Counted from the stretch's first letter, positions 1-10,718 are shown. The stretch: DNA of 36,244 nt from Chrysochromulina tobinii (GCA_001275005.1 JWZX01002258.1:1-36244); one strand, 5' to 3'. A program made the numbers and translations. Notes: generated from the sequence alone by a model not told the origin.

Positions 1-3000
1 CGTACGCGAGCGCCTCGTCCGTGCCCACCGCCTGGCCGCCGAGGTCAAGGTGGCGCAGGTGCGCCGCGAGCGTGAGCACGCTCTGCACCAGGTCGGCATG
101 GCACCTCGGGGCCGAAGACGCTCCCATCCGAGCCGGGGCTCAGCCCGCTCAGCCGCAGCTCGGCAACCGGCGCCGCGCTCGCTCTCAGGCCCTCGAGGAT
201 CCGCGCCAGCGCCGCCGGCGGGCACAGTTGGTGTGTGAACAAGCACACAGGCGAGTGAACAGGCACAGGAGGCGTGTGAAAAGGCACGGTCGGCGGCGGC
301 ATTGACGTACTCGGCGCAATAAGCGCCGCTGTTGTGGGCGCTGTTTCACTGCCGGGCAACGGCGGCGGCGGTGGGGGAGCAAGCGGTGCAAGGCCCCCGG
401 GCAACGGCGGCGGTGCGAGCGGCGGCGGTGCGAACAGGGGCGGCGCGAGCGGCGGCGGTGCGAGCAGCGGCGGCGCCGGTTGCTTCTTCAGCTGCTCAAC
501 CTCCGCCTTCAGCTTCGTCAATGCGGCCTCCTTTGCGCTGATTTCACACTTAAGCGCGGCCACCTCTTCGGCGTTCACAGCGCCCGCCGCATCCTTCACA
601 GCCGCCTCGGCCGCCTCGGCTGCCGCCTTGGCCGCTGCCTTAGCCGCCTCCGCCGCCTTGCGCTCCGCGTCGTTCTGAGCGCTCAGCGCGGCGGCCACGG
701 CCACCTCTGCGCTGGCTGCAACGGCCCTCGCCGCCTCCAATGCCGACCTGAGCTCCGAAATCTCCGACCTGAGCTCCGATATCTCCGACGGGTCCTGTGC
801 AACAAACGAGGATCGCGCCGACAAGCATGCATCCGCCGTGGCGGGCGCTGGACTCATGTGCGGCGGCGAGGTCGTCGAGGTCGCCCGGGAGATCGTCGCG
901 AGATCGGACGGGGTGCGCGCGGGCGTCGCCGGCGCCGTCGTGGGCACCACGGCCGCCGGCGCGGTACCGGCGATCTCGGCGAGATCTGCGCGCATCTCGA
1001 CGATCTCGGCGAGATCTGCGCGCATCTCCTCGTCGTAGACGGCAATCTGGATCGCGATGATCGTCTCCACTTCGTCGCCGCCGATGACGTTCATCATCGG
1101 GCGCGTGAGCTCGATGAAGTCGAGATCAGCGAGCTCATTGCGCATGCGCACACGCGTCCCGATCTCAGGACAGCCCGACACGATCGCGTTGATCAGCGTG
1201 AGCCGATGCGCGTGCGACCTCGATCTGGGCTTCCGGAGCTCGTCGACGAGCAGCTTGAAGGGTTGCGCGGCGCTGGAGGAGGCGGCGGGTGCGGAGCAAT
1301 GGAAGTAGTAGAGCTCCTCGAGTGCGGTGAGGACGACACGGTGGCCTGCGGCCTCATAGAGCGCGACCGCCGAGAGGACATGCACCGCCATCTGCACGAG
1401 CTCCTCCTCCTCCGCGAGAAGCAACGACCCACCTGCGTAGGGGGAGCGCCGTGATGAGCACTTGCATGCTGGGCAGGCTCCTCCTCCGTGCGCATGCATA
1501 GGGAGAGCGCCGTGATGAGCACTTGCATGCTGGGCAGGCTCCTCCTCCGTGCGCACTCACGACCCACCTCCGCTAGCAAAGGCCTGGCACACGAGGGCGG
1601 GGGACGTGATGACCCCAGCGAGCCCCTTGTCGGTCCGAATGAGCGCCTTGAGGCATCTCATCGCGATCTCGATCCGCTGATTGTCCGAAGGCGAGCGCTC
1701 CGAGTAACGGCAAAGCCCAGCAAGCAAGGTGGACAGGGCGGCGGTGCCCGACGGCTGAGAGTTGACGAACTCGGCCACCTGCGAAGGGAAGGCGCCGTGC
1801 TGAGCACCCGCATGCTGGGCCAGGGCGAGGAGCCGATGGTGTGGGCGCCGAGGTGAGCACTCGCATGCTGGGTCAGGGCGGCGGAAGGCGCCGTGCTGAG
1901 CACTTGCATGCTGGACAGGGCGGCTCACCTGAGAGACGGGCGCGCCACGGAGCCATGCTTCAGTGCCGAGCAGCTCTTCCAAATCTGGATCGTTGAGCAG
2001 CACTGCCGCGTAATGCTCCGGGCCGGGCCCTTCACAGGCACTAAGTGTGAAGTCGTAACCTGCCATCAGAGGTCATCAGTGGTCATCAGAGGTCATCAGC
2101 AGCCATCAGGGGCCATCAGAGGTCATCAGAGGTCATCAATGGCCATCACATCAGAGGTCATCAGCGGCCATGGGTGACCGGCCATCGGAGTTCAGCGAGA
2201 ATCAGTGGTCATCAGTAGTCATCAGCGGCACCTTTGAGCATATCTCGCTTGATCTCCTGTCATCAGTGATCATCAGTGGTCATCAGTGGTCATCAGAAGT
2301 CATCAGCGGCACCTTTGAGCATATCTCGCTTGAGCTCCTTGCTGAGCTTGAAGATGGCCTCTGCTTTCACAGGAGGCAGGCCGAGCGCCGAGACCATCTG
2401 CTTCAGCGCCTCGTCCAGCTGCTCGTCGGGGATCGCGGGCGCCGCCGAGGCCGTCGTAGGCGCTGATGACTCGACCACCCGTGACGAAACCGCCGATGAC
2501 GAAACCGACTCGGTGCGCGCCAAGTCGCTCTCAGGCTTTTTCGCCATACCGAAGAAGCCGGCGGCACGGCCGAGCATACCCCCCCCCGAGGCCTTTGCGG
2601 CCGGCGCGGCGCCGCCCACCGTCTTGCTGCGCCCCAGAGCTTCAAGAGGAGCCTTGGGCGGCGCCACGCGGGCGCCTTCCTTTGCGACGGTCACCGAGGC
2701 GGAGCGCTGCATCGCGTCGCGCGTGGCAGCCTCGAGGTTCATCCCGATGTTGGCGAGCCACATCTGTCGGTCGTCGGCCGACTTGGCGCAGTAAATCATC
2801 TTCGCGTGAGTCGTCTCGATGATCAGGTACGATGGCGTGCCCGTTGGGGGCCGCACCCCCGCAAACTCATCGTACGACCTCGCGCTCAACACCTGCTTCA
2901 CGTCATCCTTGCTTCGCGGCGGCCCGCGCGCGTTTTGCGGCGAGTCATAGTAGACAAGGTCCGTGCCCCGGAGCACCGCGTACAGCTTGTTCCATTCCTT

Positions 3001-3090
3001 GTTGTTCTCCTTGAGCCTGAAGAGGTAGCCCTGGCACTGGTCGATGCCAATGGAGGCGCGCGACGACGTGCGGAGCAGCATCGATGCCAT
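1..3090 (-). CDS. Formin-like protein (PH - GBD/FH3 - coiled coil - FH1 polyproline - LRR-like), 3' end outside window. Exons 3090-2313, 2059-1929, 1778-1568, 1432-~105, then ~82-<1
   Basis: PH motif (GYLFRLKENNKEWNKLYAVLRGTDLVYY...SADDRQMWLANI), GBD-like DEALKQMVSALGLPPVKAEAIFKLSKELKRDML, armadillo/FH3-like RCLKAL..., LTLINAIVSG...RVRMRNEL...IQIAVYDEE, then coiled coil and (LAPPP)n. GT-AG introns at 2312-2060, 1928-1779 and 1567-1433 keep the frame. Confidence 0.8.
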
Positions 3091-3233
3091 GCCGTCGAAT
3101 GGGCGTCACCGGCTACGCAGCGGGTTGCCGCGACTCCTCGCGAAGCCACCGAGCGAGGCGACCCAGCCCCTTGGTGCGAGAGCAAGCTCATAGGAAAACT
3201 TGACAAAACTAAGTTCCGGCGCGCCCGGACATA

Positions 3234-3311
3234 GTTGCGGATTTCACATCCCACGTTAAATTGCCCTCTCGGCAAGACGCACACGTGAACGTGGGATGTG
3301 AAATCCGCAAC
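3234..3311. repeat. Perfect 24-bp inverted repeat with 30-nt spacer (hairpin/MITE-like)
   Basis: gttgcggatttcacatcccacgtt (3234-3257) is the exact reverse complement of aacgtgggatgtgaaatccgcaac (3288-3311). Confidence 0.9.
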
Positions 3312-3676
3312 ATCCCAGACATCCGCATAGCGCAACGGTCCGGACCCCCAAGCACGAGGGCCGCATCTCTGCGATATCTGCCTGTCTCTGCATGGACGAG
3401 CGTGGCCGGAGTTCGCTGGCGGCGGCTCGCTGCCGCGACGGCGCCCGAGATTGGATCAGATTCCCATAGCCTATTCCGACACTTGCCGCGCACGGACCGT
3501 CAAAATGTGTACTCTAGAAAACGTGCCCCAGCCGGCGCGCGACTGAGCGCTGTGTAGTTCGCGTACTGTTCACTCTTAATTCCGTGGAACCGAGTGCATA
3601 CCCGGATACCGCGTCATAACTGGAACCGAGAATGGCTCGATACTATTGCCGCGTAGACGCGCAGCCGCTTTGTGTG

Positions 3677-4714
3677 TCAATCATCACTCTCGTGGTGACC
3701 ACGCGGAGTCGCACTTGGTGGGCGCGGAACCGGGGGCCGACTGTCTGACCACAGCGGCGGCTCGATATTAAGGTGGGGCAACAGCGTCGGCCGCGGATTG
3801 AGCACGAGCCCCGACGTTTTCATGATCGTGCTCATCGCTCCGGTCGTTGAGAGCGCCTCGAGTCGCTGCGACCGTTGCGGAGCGCGGCCATCTGAAGCCG
3901 ACGGCGGCCTCATCAGTGGCAGCTCCAGCTCGGGTGCCCAGGGCGGCACCAGCACTTGCTCACGCGACGATCGGCGCGACGCTCCCGCTGAGCTGACGGA
4001 GACGGTGCTGCTGCCGGCGCTCGTGTGCGTCATTGAGGCTGAGCTCGAGCATAGACTGCCTTTGCCTAGTTGGGTCCAGGCACCCACGCCGCCCTGCCTG
4101 ATTTCGGTCCAGCGCGTGTTCGAAGGCGCGCCGCGCTGCGCCGGCGACAGCGGGAGCGTCGGCAACGAGCAGGAGCTGTGCAAGGTGCCGTTACTGCGAC
4201 TGCTCGTGTGACGGTTGCTGGCGTTCGCACGCTGCTTCTTTTGAAGCGGAGCATCTGATGCGGACCGCTTCGAATATGGCAGCGGCGCGCGTGGCTGCAA
4301 CACAGGCTCGTCGTCGAGAAAGACGTGGTGGTGCAGCGGTGCGAGGGCGTTGCGCTTTTCGTGATGCGGGCACGCGGAGGGTGGGTGCCGGCGTCGGTCC
4401 GAGGGCCGTGATAGGCGCGACGCTGGCTCGTGAAAGCCGAGGGCTGCGAGTCGCTCTCGCAGCGACCGTGCATCCATGCCCATTGATGCGGCAATCTGCT
4501 CTGGACGCCTTGTGTCCCGGCGGGCGTCTGCAGCGGCGAGCTCCTGCGATAGGAATGGTGCGAGAGTGCTCCAGTCGTCGAGGACTACCGTGAATGCGGC
4601 CTGAGTCGGTCGCGACGGCGAGATGATGGGCGAGAGGGGTTCCCCCAGCAACACCATGAGAGTGCAGACTCGAGACGAGGGTTCGAGTCCGGACGGTTGC
4701 TTGGACGCGCTCAT
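3677..4714 (-). CDS. Hypothetical Ser/Pro/Arg-rich, mostly disordered protein (345 aa)
   Basis: ATG-initiated uninterrupted ORF filling the gap between neighbouring genes. No recognisable domain. Confidence 0.45.
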   Translation of the reverse strand: MSASKQPSGLEPSSRVCTLMVLLGEPLSPIISPSRPTQAAFTVVLDDWSTLAPFLSQELAAADARRDTRRPEQIAASMGMDARSLRERLAALGFHEPASRLSRPSDRRRHPPSACPHHEKRNALAPLHHHVFLDDEPVLQPRAPLPYSKRSASDAPLQKKQRANASNRHTSSRSNGTLHSSCSLPTLPLSPAQRGAPSNTRWTEIRQGGVGAWTQLGKGSLCSSSASMTHTSAGSSTVSVSSAGASRRSSREQVLVPPWAPELELPLMRPPSASDGRAPQRSQRLEALSTTGAMSTIMKTSGLVLNPRPTLLPHLNIEPPLWSDSRPPVPRPPSATPRGHHESDD

Positions 4715-4949
4715 TCGGTTGCAAGTTCGCGGAGCGGGAATACACCGTCGGCGTCGCGGCGTGTGGTTCAGGAGAAAGTAGTTTACGTCTCGCGTTTACG
4801 TGTTCTCGGTTGCTCTGGTTTGAGTTTATCGAACCCAGCACGCATACGCACGGGTAGAGATTGCAGATTCCCAGTGACGCCGATCATGACGCCGATCCTC
4901 TAGAGTAAGAGTTTGTAAAACTCGACCTACAAGTACAACTGGACTCGCA

Positions 4950-5777
4950 TCACTCCCAGGGCGGTTTGGGCGGCTTTACCTCGATGCCCATCCACTCCGC
5001 ATACGAGCCGCCTACCCCTTCAAATTTGCCTTTGCCAATGCGCGCGAATGCACTGCTAGGCCGCAGCGGATCTTTGAGATCGATGCCGTTCCGCGGGATG
5101 TTGTATTGCCCCGGGCCAAGGTTGCCCGCGCCACTCTTGTACATGGGTTGCCCGCGTACAACCTTCGTCTTCGTCTTCATCACCGAGTACCTTCGTGGCG
5201 AACGACTCATGTTGACTGTCATCGTGCCAAAGAGGGCAACAGGCGACGCTCCGATGTGATCGAGCTCGTAGAACTGATCCAAGCCAGGCGACCGTCCGAT
5301 TGGCGCGCCGTTCTCGAGCGGGTACGGCTTGAACGGTACGTGAAAGAACGGAGGCTTGCGTTCACCTTTGGCCCACGGTGCCGAATGGGTACCTGGTGCC
5401 CGTGGCAAATGGCGCAGCTGGAGCGCCTCGTCTGGCGCAAAAGGAACATTGGCAGCGGTGCTCGGCCTGATCTCTGCCTTCTTGCTTTTTGAGGCAAACG
5501 CGCTTCCCTGGCGTAGAGGATCGAAGATTGCGGCTGCCTCTTTCGGGATTCCATAGCCGGGCTTTGGGCTGTACATGCCCGGTCCGCGCTCGGGATCGAT
5601 GCATAAAGCGGGACGCTGCACCGAACGACTCTTGAACACGGCTTGATACGGCCGATTCGATCCGTCTTGGTACTTCGTCAAGGAGCCGTGGAAGAGGGGC
5701 ATCGCGAAATAGGCGCAGGCCGACAACCGGAAAAGCGGCTGTTTCTTCCAGGCCGCGACGCGTTGTGGCAGTTCCAT
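4950..5777 (-). CDS. SHIPPO/ODF3-STPG-like PG-rich repeat (flagellar) protein, ~275 aa
   Basis: PGPGxY-type motifs (ERGPGMYSP, SPGLDQFY, NLGPGQYNIP) followed by SAF-type motifs (GSAFASKS, PSSAFAR). First ATG at 5777; the ORF track start is a GTG. Confidence 0.65.
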   Translation of the reverse strand: MELPQRVAAWKKQPLFRLSACAYFAMPLFHGSLTKYQDGSNRPYQAVFKSRSVQRPALCIDPERGPGMYSPKPGYGIPKEAAAIFDPLRQGSAFASKSKKAEIRPSTAANVPFAPDEALQLRHLPRAPGTHSAPWAKGERKPPFFHVPFKPYPLENGAPIGRSPGLDQFYELDHIGASPVALFGTMTVNMSRSPRRYSVMKTKTKVVRGQPMYKSGAGNLGPGQYNIPRNGIDLKDPLRPSSAFARIGKGKFEGVGGSYAEWMGIEVKPPKPPWE

Positions 5778-5938
5778 CGACGAGAGTGTTCCAGTATTGT
5801 CGACACGGAGGTAGCCAGTCTGGGGGGACCAGTCTGGGGGTGTATTCTTCACAGCGAAACCCGCTCGCGAACGCGCTCGCGCGCGGTCTCCGACCCCTTA
5901 CGTGCGAACCTCTTGTGCTCCCCACTCTCTCTGCAAGC

Positions 5939-6367
5939 ATGATCGAGCATGTCGTTCTGTGTAAAACGACTCGATCGTTCACGGTCGAGGAGAAGACGAG
6001 CATATGCAACCAAATTAAGCAGATTCCGGGCGTGCTTAGCATCACAGTCGGCGCCAACTACACCGCACGAGGCTTGGAGTACAATACGGGCATCGTCGTG
6101 CGGCTTACTTCAAAGGAGGCCGAAGTGGCGTACCAGACACATCCCATACACGTGGGCGTGCGCGACTCGATCATTAAGCCGCTGATCGACAAGGGCACCG
6201 ATGGGACGCCGCCGATTCTCGTGGTAGACTACGAGTGCGCAGACGTCACGCCAGGAAGCCTGACTGGGGCTGCGCCAGCCCCGGTTTATCATGCGGCTGT
6301 GTGCGGCCTGGCTGTGGGAGCGCTGATCGGATGTGCTGCAGCGCTAGCGCTCGTCAGACCGCGGTGA
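5939..6367 (+). CDS. Stress-responsive A/B barrel (Dabb) protein with C-terminal hydrophobic tail anchor
   Basis: MIEHVVLCK...IPGVLSITVGANY...AYQTHPIH...ILVVDY matches the Dabb pattern. C-terminal AAVCGLAVGALIGCAAALALV is TM-like. Confidence 0.85.
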   Translation: MIEHVVLCKTTRSFTVEEKTSICNQIKQIPGVLSITVGANYTARGLEYNTGIVVRLTSKEAEVAYQTHPIHVGVRDSIIKPLIDKGTDGTPPILVVDYECADVTPGSLTGAAPAPVYHAAVCGLAVGALIGCAAALALVRPR

Positions 6368-6677
6368 GATGCGGAGTGTCATGCTCGCTCGAGACATTTG
6401 TCAATTGAGTAAAATGACCGTGCGCCGTGAACGGCCGCTCCAGATGTGAACTAGCGGTGGTGGGAGAGAAGGTGGATCGTAGTTGTACCGCCTCGAAGAG
6501 CGCCACATCTGGCGTCTGAGCTACGCGTAGCCGCTACACCGAGCAGCTACTCTTACCACCGTGGTACGACGGTCGTTAACAGCCATCTCGCGGATGGACG
6601 ATGGTTTAGTAGCGCCGCTTCATTATCCTCTTGGATCCACACAGCTCGGGGCGCGCGCGCGCCTGGCGCCTCGTCAT

Positions 6678-7664
6678 CTAAATTAAGGTCGAGCTTTGGC
6701 CTTCGGCTGTCTTCCCCGCCCGCAGTTTCTCGAGCTCTTCCGACAGCCACTTGACGAGCTCCGCATCTTGCGTGAGTGGGTGCGGCTCGACCGCTTCCAA
6801 CCGTGGGGCAAACCAGTACGAGACCCTCTTGCGCCCAGCGTTTGGCGATGCAAGAATCGAGGCGTGGTTGAGGCCACAGGTCTCCTCACTGTCGCACATC
6901 GGCGCCGCCAAGAACTTGAACACTTGAAGTCCCCACGCCGGGAAGGTAGAGGCAGCAAGATCAGTGTTGAGCAACCCAGGGAATGTGCCCATCACGTGTG
7001 CGTCGTCTCCCAAAGCCCGCTGCATAGACTGGAGCCAGGCGTCCGCGGCGACTGCAGTGCCGATCATGAGCTGAAAGCCTTTGAGTAGCCCAGTCACGCC
7101 ATCGGGTCTCATCCCATCGGACAGAAGCAGCTTCAGGCTGGGCTTGTCAAACGGCACTTTCTGGCCGGAGGCGAGGACGGACATCACACGCACGGATTTG
7201 CTGACGAGCCCGTTCCGCACGAGTGAGCTCATCACACAGTGGCGTGAGACAAGGTCGATAGAGAAGACTTTATGGATGCCTTCGGCGGTGTGCGCCTCCG
7301 TCGCGCTGGGCCATACGCCCACTGTGAACAGCACGAAGTCGAAGATGATGCCTAATCGCACAAGCTGCTTCTCAAACGCGTCGCAACCCTTGACCGTGGA
7401 CAGGTCGGCTGAGATACCACCGGGCGCCACGGCAGAACGGCCGACCACAGTCACTGAGCCACCAGCGGCACGGATGACGTCAGCAGTCGCCTTCCCAATG
7501 CCTTTAGTTCCGCCGATGCACAGCACGTGTTTGCCCTTGTACACGTGCGCGAGCTCCGCGATGGTCTTTTGCTCGGCGACACCACAGTCTAAGTCGTATG
7601 GGCAGAGCGTGAGCGACATTGATGAGCGGACAAGCCACCGGAAGGGCGCAAACATGGCGCTCAT
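6678..7664 (-). CDS. Short-chain dehydrogenase/reductase (NAD(P)-binding Rossmann fold)
   Basis: GKHVLCIGGTKGIGKATA glycine motif, VVGRS, ADLS, and FPGLLNTDL. First ATG at 7664. Confidence 0.85.
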   Translation of the reverse strand: MSAMFAPFRWLVRSSMSLTLCPYDLDCGVAEQKTIAELAHVYKGKHVLCIGGTKGIGKATADVIRAAGGSVTVVGRSAVAPGGISADLSTVKGCDAFEKQLVRLGIIFDFVLFTVGVWPSATEAHTAEGIHKVFSIDLVSRHCVMSSLVRNGLVSKSVRVMSVLASGQKVPFDKPSLKLLLSDGMRPDGVTGLLKGFQLMIGTAVAADAWLQSMQRALGDDAHVMGTFPGLLNTDLAASTFPAWGLQVFKFLAAPMCDSEETCGLNHASILASPNAGRKRVSYWFAPRLEAVEPHPLTQDAELVKWLSEELEKLRAGKTAEGQSSTLI

Positions 7665-7810
7665 GTCCACACGGGGTTTGACAATTCACACTGCGACCGA
7701 CCCAAATCTGTCCCATTGGAGGCCCACGCCCCTCCTCAACACCTAATCTTGCGTGCCCTCCATAGATTCCGAGAACAAGCCACGCGGAATTATATTCTGG
7801 GCTGGATGCA

Positions 7811-9572
7811 ATGCGTGCGACGTCGGCCGAGGAGCAGGAGGAGGCGCCTACGGTGAAGAAGGCCAAACACGAGGAGCAAATACGCGTGCGAGCGCGAGAT
7901 GGAGAGGAGGCCACATTGTCGCGCGATGCAGCCCGACTCATGGGCACCTTGAAGGATCTGATGGATCTCGCCACCTCCGAGGATGGCATCTATCCCATGC
8001 CCACGATCATGGCCTCGACGTCTTCAGATGGTGTGCAAGCTGAACGACCCAGACTATACGTGGATGAGCTGGAAGAGCGATTCGCTCTTCCAGCTCATCC
8101 AGCTCATCGAGGACGCCCTCTATCTGGACGCCCCCATCGCGCTCAAGCACATCCAGCACGCGATCGCCTCCCGACTCAACGGAAAGCGCGCCCCCGAACT
8201 CTGCGCGCTGATCGGCGCGGGTGGTGACTTTGGCAGCGCGGAGGAGCACGCGTCGCACGCTGCAGCGGCGTCAAACGCCGAGCCGGCTTTTGTACCGGAA
8301 GATGTCGTTGAGGCGCCGCAGCAGCCGGCCAGCTCCACGTTACCGCCCGAGCCGCTGCAGCAGCCCTCGTTCTCGGCGGATGCCATGGAGGCTGCTCTGG
8401 GCCTGGTGGACGTGGCCACGTTGGCCGAGCTCAAGGGCGTGACTCGATTTTGGCGGGCGCTGGCGCAACGTGTCCTCTGCTCGCGCCTGTGCCGCCGCGA
8501 CGGGCAGCCAGTACCCACACGTCTGGATGAGATCACCGACCTTGACGTGGAGCAGCTCATCGAGGCCGGCCGGCACGGGGACGCGGCCGTAGCGGGGCGG
8601 ATGCTGCCTGGGCTTGCGCGCCTCCATGGCTACGGCTATGTGGTGGACGTGGCTGCTGTTCGGGCCGCGGATCTGCGAAACGGGGCTGGCAACACGCGCC
8701 CCCCGTCCTTGCTACATGGTACAGCTAGGGATGCTCTCAACAGCTGCATCTCAGGCGAAGGAGAGCCGCCATTGGAACTGACGATCGCAGCTGTTGCCTG
8801 TGCGGGCTCGAGAGTCATTTGCGGCATCCCGGTCCAGCTAATGCGCGAGGATGGCGTCACCAAGCTCAACATGTCCAATAGGGGGCTCCACGTGGCTGCG
8901 GCCATGCTCATCGCCTATCTCATCCCTGCTACATCGGTGCTCAAGAACTGCAACTTGCTCAAGAACAGGTTCGACGTTGAGTCGGCCACGATGCTCGCCA
9001 AGATTGGCGCGGAGAAGGGTATCATGATCTCGGGCATGACGCGCGACCAGACGGTGGCCAATTTCTTTAATCAGAACCTCCAACCCGCCGACGCCATCCT
9101 CATCGCATCTGACCTGATTTTCATGGCGGTGGTGACCGAGTTGCGCCTCGGTTCGAACCCCATCGGAAACAACGGTGCCAAGGCGATCGCAGAGGCGCTG
9201 AAGGTCAACACGGTCCTGACCCAGCTGTGGCTCAACGACAACAAGATCGGCGACAACGGTGCTAAGGCGATTGCGGAGGCGCTGAAGGTCAACACGGTGT
9301 TGACCAACCTCTACCTCGGGTACAACTCCATCGGGGTTGAGGGAGCTAAGGCTATTGCGGAGGCGCTGAAGGTCAACACGGTCTTGACCAAGCTAGTCCT
9401 CTACAGCAACCTCAGCATCGGGGATGAGGGCGCCAAGGCGATCGCGGAGGCGCTGATGGTCAACACGGTCCTGAACAACCTCGGCCTTTTGAACATTATT
9501 TTGGGAGATGCAGCAAAAACAGCGTTGCAAGATGCGGTGAAGGGCCGGAGAGGATTTCAGTTGTCTCTGTAG
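7811..9572 (+). CDS. Skp1-like + F-box-like + RNI-type LRR fusion protein with a +1 frameshift at ~8021 (pseudogene, allele or assembly error)
   Basis: Skp1 POZ-like IRVRARDGEEATLSRDAARLMGTLKDLM...YPMPTIMAST. After removing one base it continues LQMVCKL...LFQLIQLIEDALYLD...IASRLNGKRAPELCALIG...DF (Skp1 dimerisation helices). Then F-box-like ADAMEAALGLVDVATLAELKGVTRFWRALA and 28-aa LRRs (NxIGDxGAKAIAEALKVNTVLTxLxL). Confidence 0.75.
9130..9490 (+). repeat. ~84-bp coding tandem repeat (28-aa NLRC3/NOD3-type LRR units, ~4 copies)
   Basis: Repeated aaggcgat(c/t)gcggaggcgctgaaggtcaacacggt at ~84-nt period. Confidence 0.9.
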
Positions 9573-9737
9573 ATTGTCCTGTGCGAGCACTGTGAAAATG
9601 TGCGGATCGCTGCTGTGGGTGGCAGCTGGATAAGTTTACGGCAAGTTTTCACACGGTCGTTCACAACCCTGCATTTCTCTCCTCCCCTGTGCGGTCGGCG
9701 CACGCGTCGGCGGCACGCGGCGGAGTACCAGAAGGAG

Positions 9738-10292
9738 ATGAATATGATGCGTGCTTCGCTGCTGTGCCTCGTCGCCGTATTCGCCATCAGCTGCGCAGCA
9801 AATGACGACGTGTTGAAGGCGGTTCGCATGAAGACGACCCGGCAGCTGCGTGAGATCTTCAAGGAACTCGATATTGATGCGCCAGCTTCGCTGTCCAAGG
9901 AGGAGCTGCAAGCTTTGGCCCTGAAGGAGAACGCTGTCTCGCGCTGGGAAGAGCTGCATCCGGAGAAGAAGCGCAAGCCCAGAGGCCCAGGGCCCGGCGG
10001 GTTTGCATTCGGTGGAGACGCGCCTGAAGGCATTGATCCTGACACATGGGCAAAGCTCAAGGCTCAGATGAATGGCGACTTCTCTTACGAAAAAGACCCC
10101 GAGAAGGCCCGGATCCTAAAGAAGCTCAAGAGCATGGGCATCTCGTTTGGCGGCGCCTCGGACATGGACATTGAGCAGCTGCGAAATCTTGAGCAGGCCA
10201 TGGGGGGCATGAAGGATGGATCCGGCTTCCGGACGCCAGGCGGTGGGGCTGGTGCGTCCGAGCCTGAGGAGATTGAGAAGCAAGAGCTTTGA
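9738..10292 (+). CDS. Secreted/ER-resident protein with signal peptide, SAP-like helical motif and C-terminal KQEL
   Basis: N-terminal MMRASLLCLVAVFAISCAA. VRMKTTRQLREIFKELDIDAPASLSKEELQALA resembles a SAP/ARMET-C fold. Ends in the KDEL-like KQEL. Confidence 0.75.
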   Translation: MNMMRASLLCLVAVFAISCAANDDVLKAVRMKTTRQLREIFKELDIDAPASLSKEELQALALKENAVSRWEELHPEKKRKPRGPGPGGFAFGGDAPEGIDPDTWAKLKAQMNGDFSYEKDPEKARILKKLKSMGISFGGASDMDIEQLRNLEQAMGGMKDGSGFRTPGGGAGASEPEEIEKQEL

Positions 10293-10718
10293 ACGTGCAC
10301 GTCAAGCCCCGACCTTGGCGACGTGCGTGTGCGTGGGTAGTTGATCGGTGTGCGCGCAACTTCGCCACATCGCGCGGCACCGGACACCAGTGACGACTGG
10401 GCGGTCTGGGATCATGGCGGATGCATCCTCATCATGGGCGGATGGCAGACCTCGGCACTTTTTGTTAGTTGTACAGTAGTAGGTATTGATTGACTACTCG
10501 TCGACGACTGTACAGCTATAGGGTGCAGGCAGGTGCGCCTGCACCACCTCCCGACTTCAAATTCCCCCACCGCACACACCGTGGGCGGTTCCTCCGTCTG
10601 AAGGGCCGCCTATTCGGATAAATCCCTCACGGATGGAGCTTGCAATGAGGTGGGTGCGCTATGCGAAACGTCTCAAAACGAGGCGGGGAGGGGCGCGGGG
10701 CCAGCGCTTGACGGTTTC

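Noticed and set aside
480..1454. Long antisense ORFs opposite real genes (e.g. 480-1454, 7081-7746, 17412-18587, 18600-19766, 29487-30524, 32752-33681)
   Set aside because: Shadow ORFs expected from high GC3 codon bias. The opposite strand carries the recognisable domains.
10468..10546. Short inverted repeats (tgtacagt...actgtaca; ggtgcaggc...gcctgcacc) between convergent genes
   Set aside because: Arms of only 8-9 bp, compatible with chance. No supporting TSD or copies in the window.
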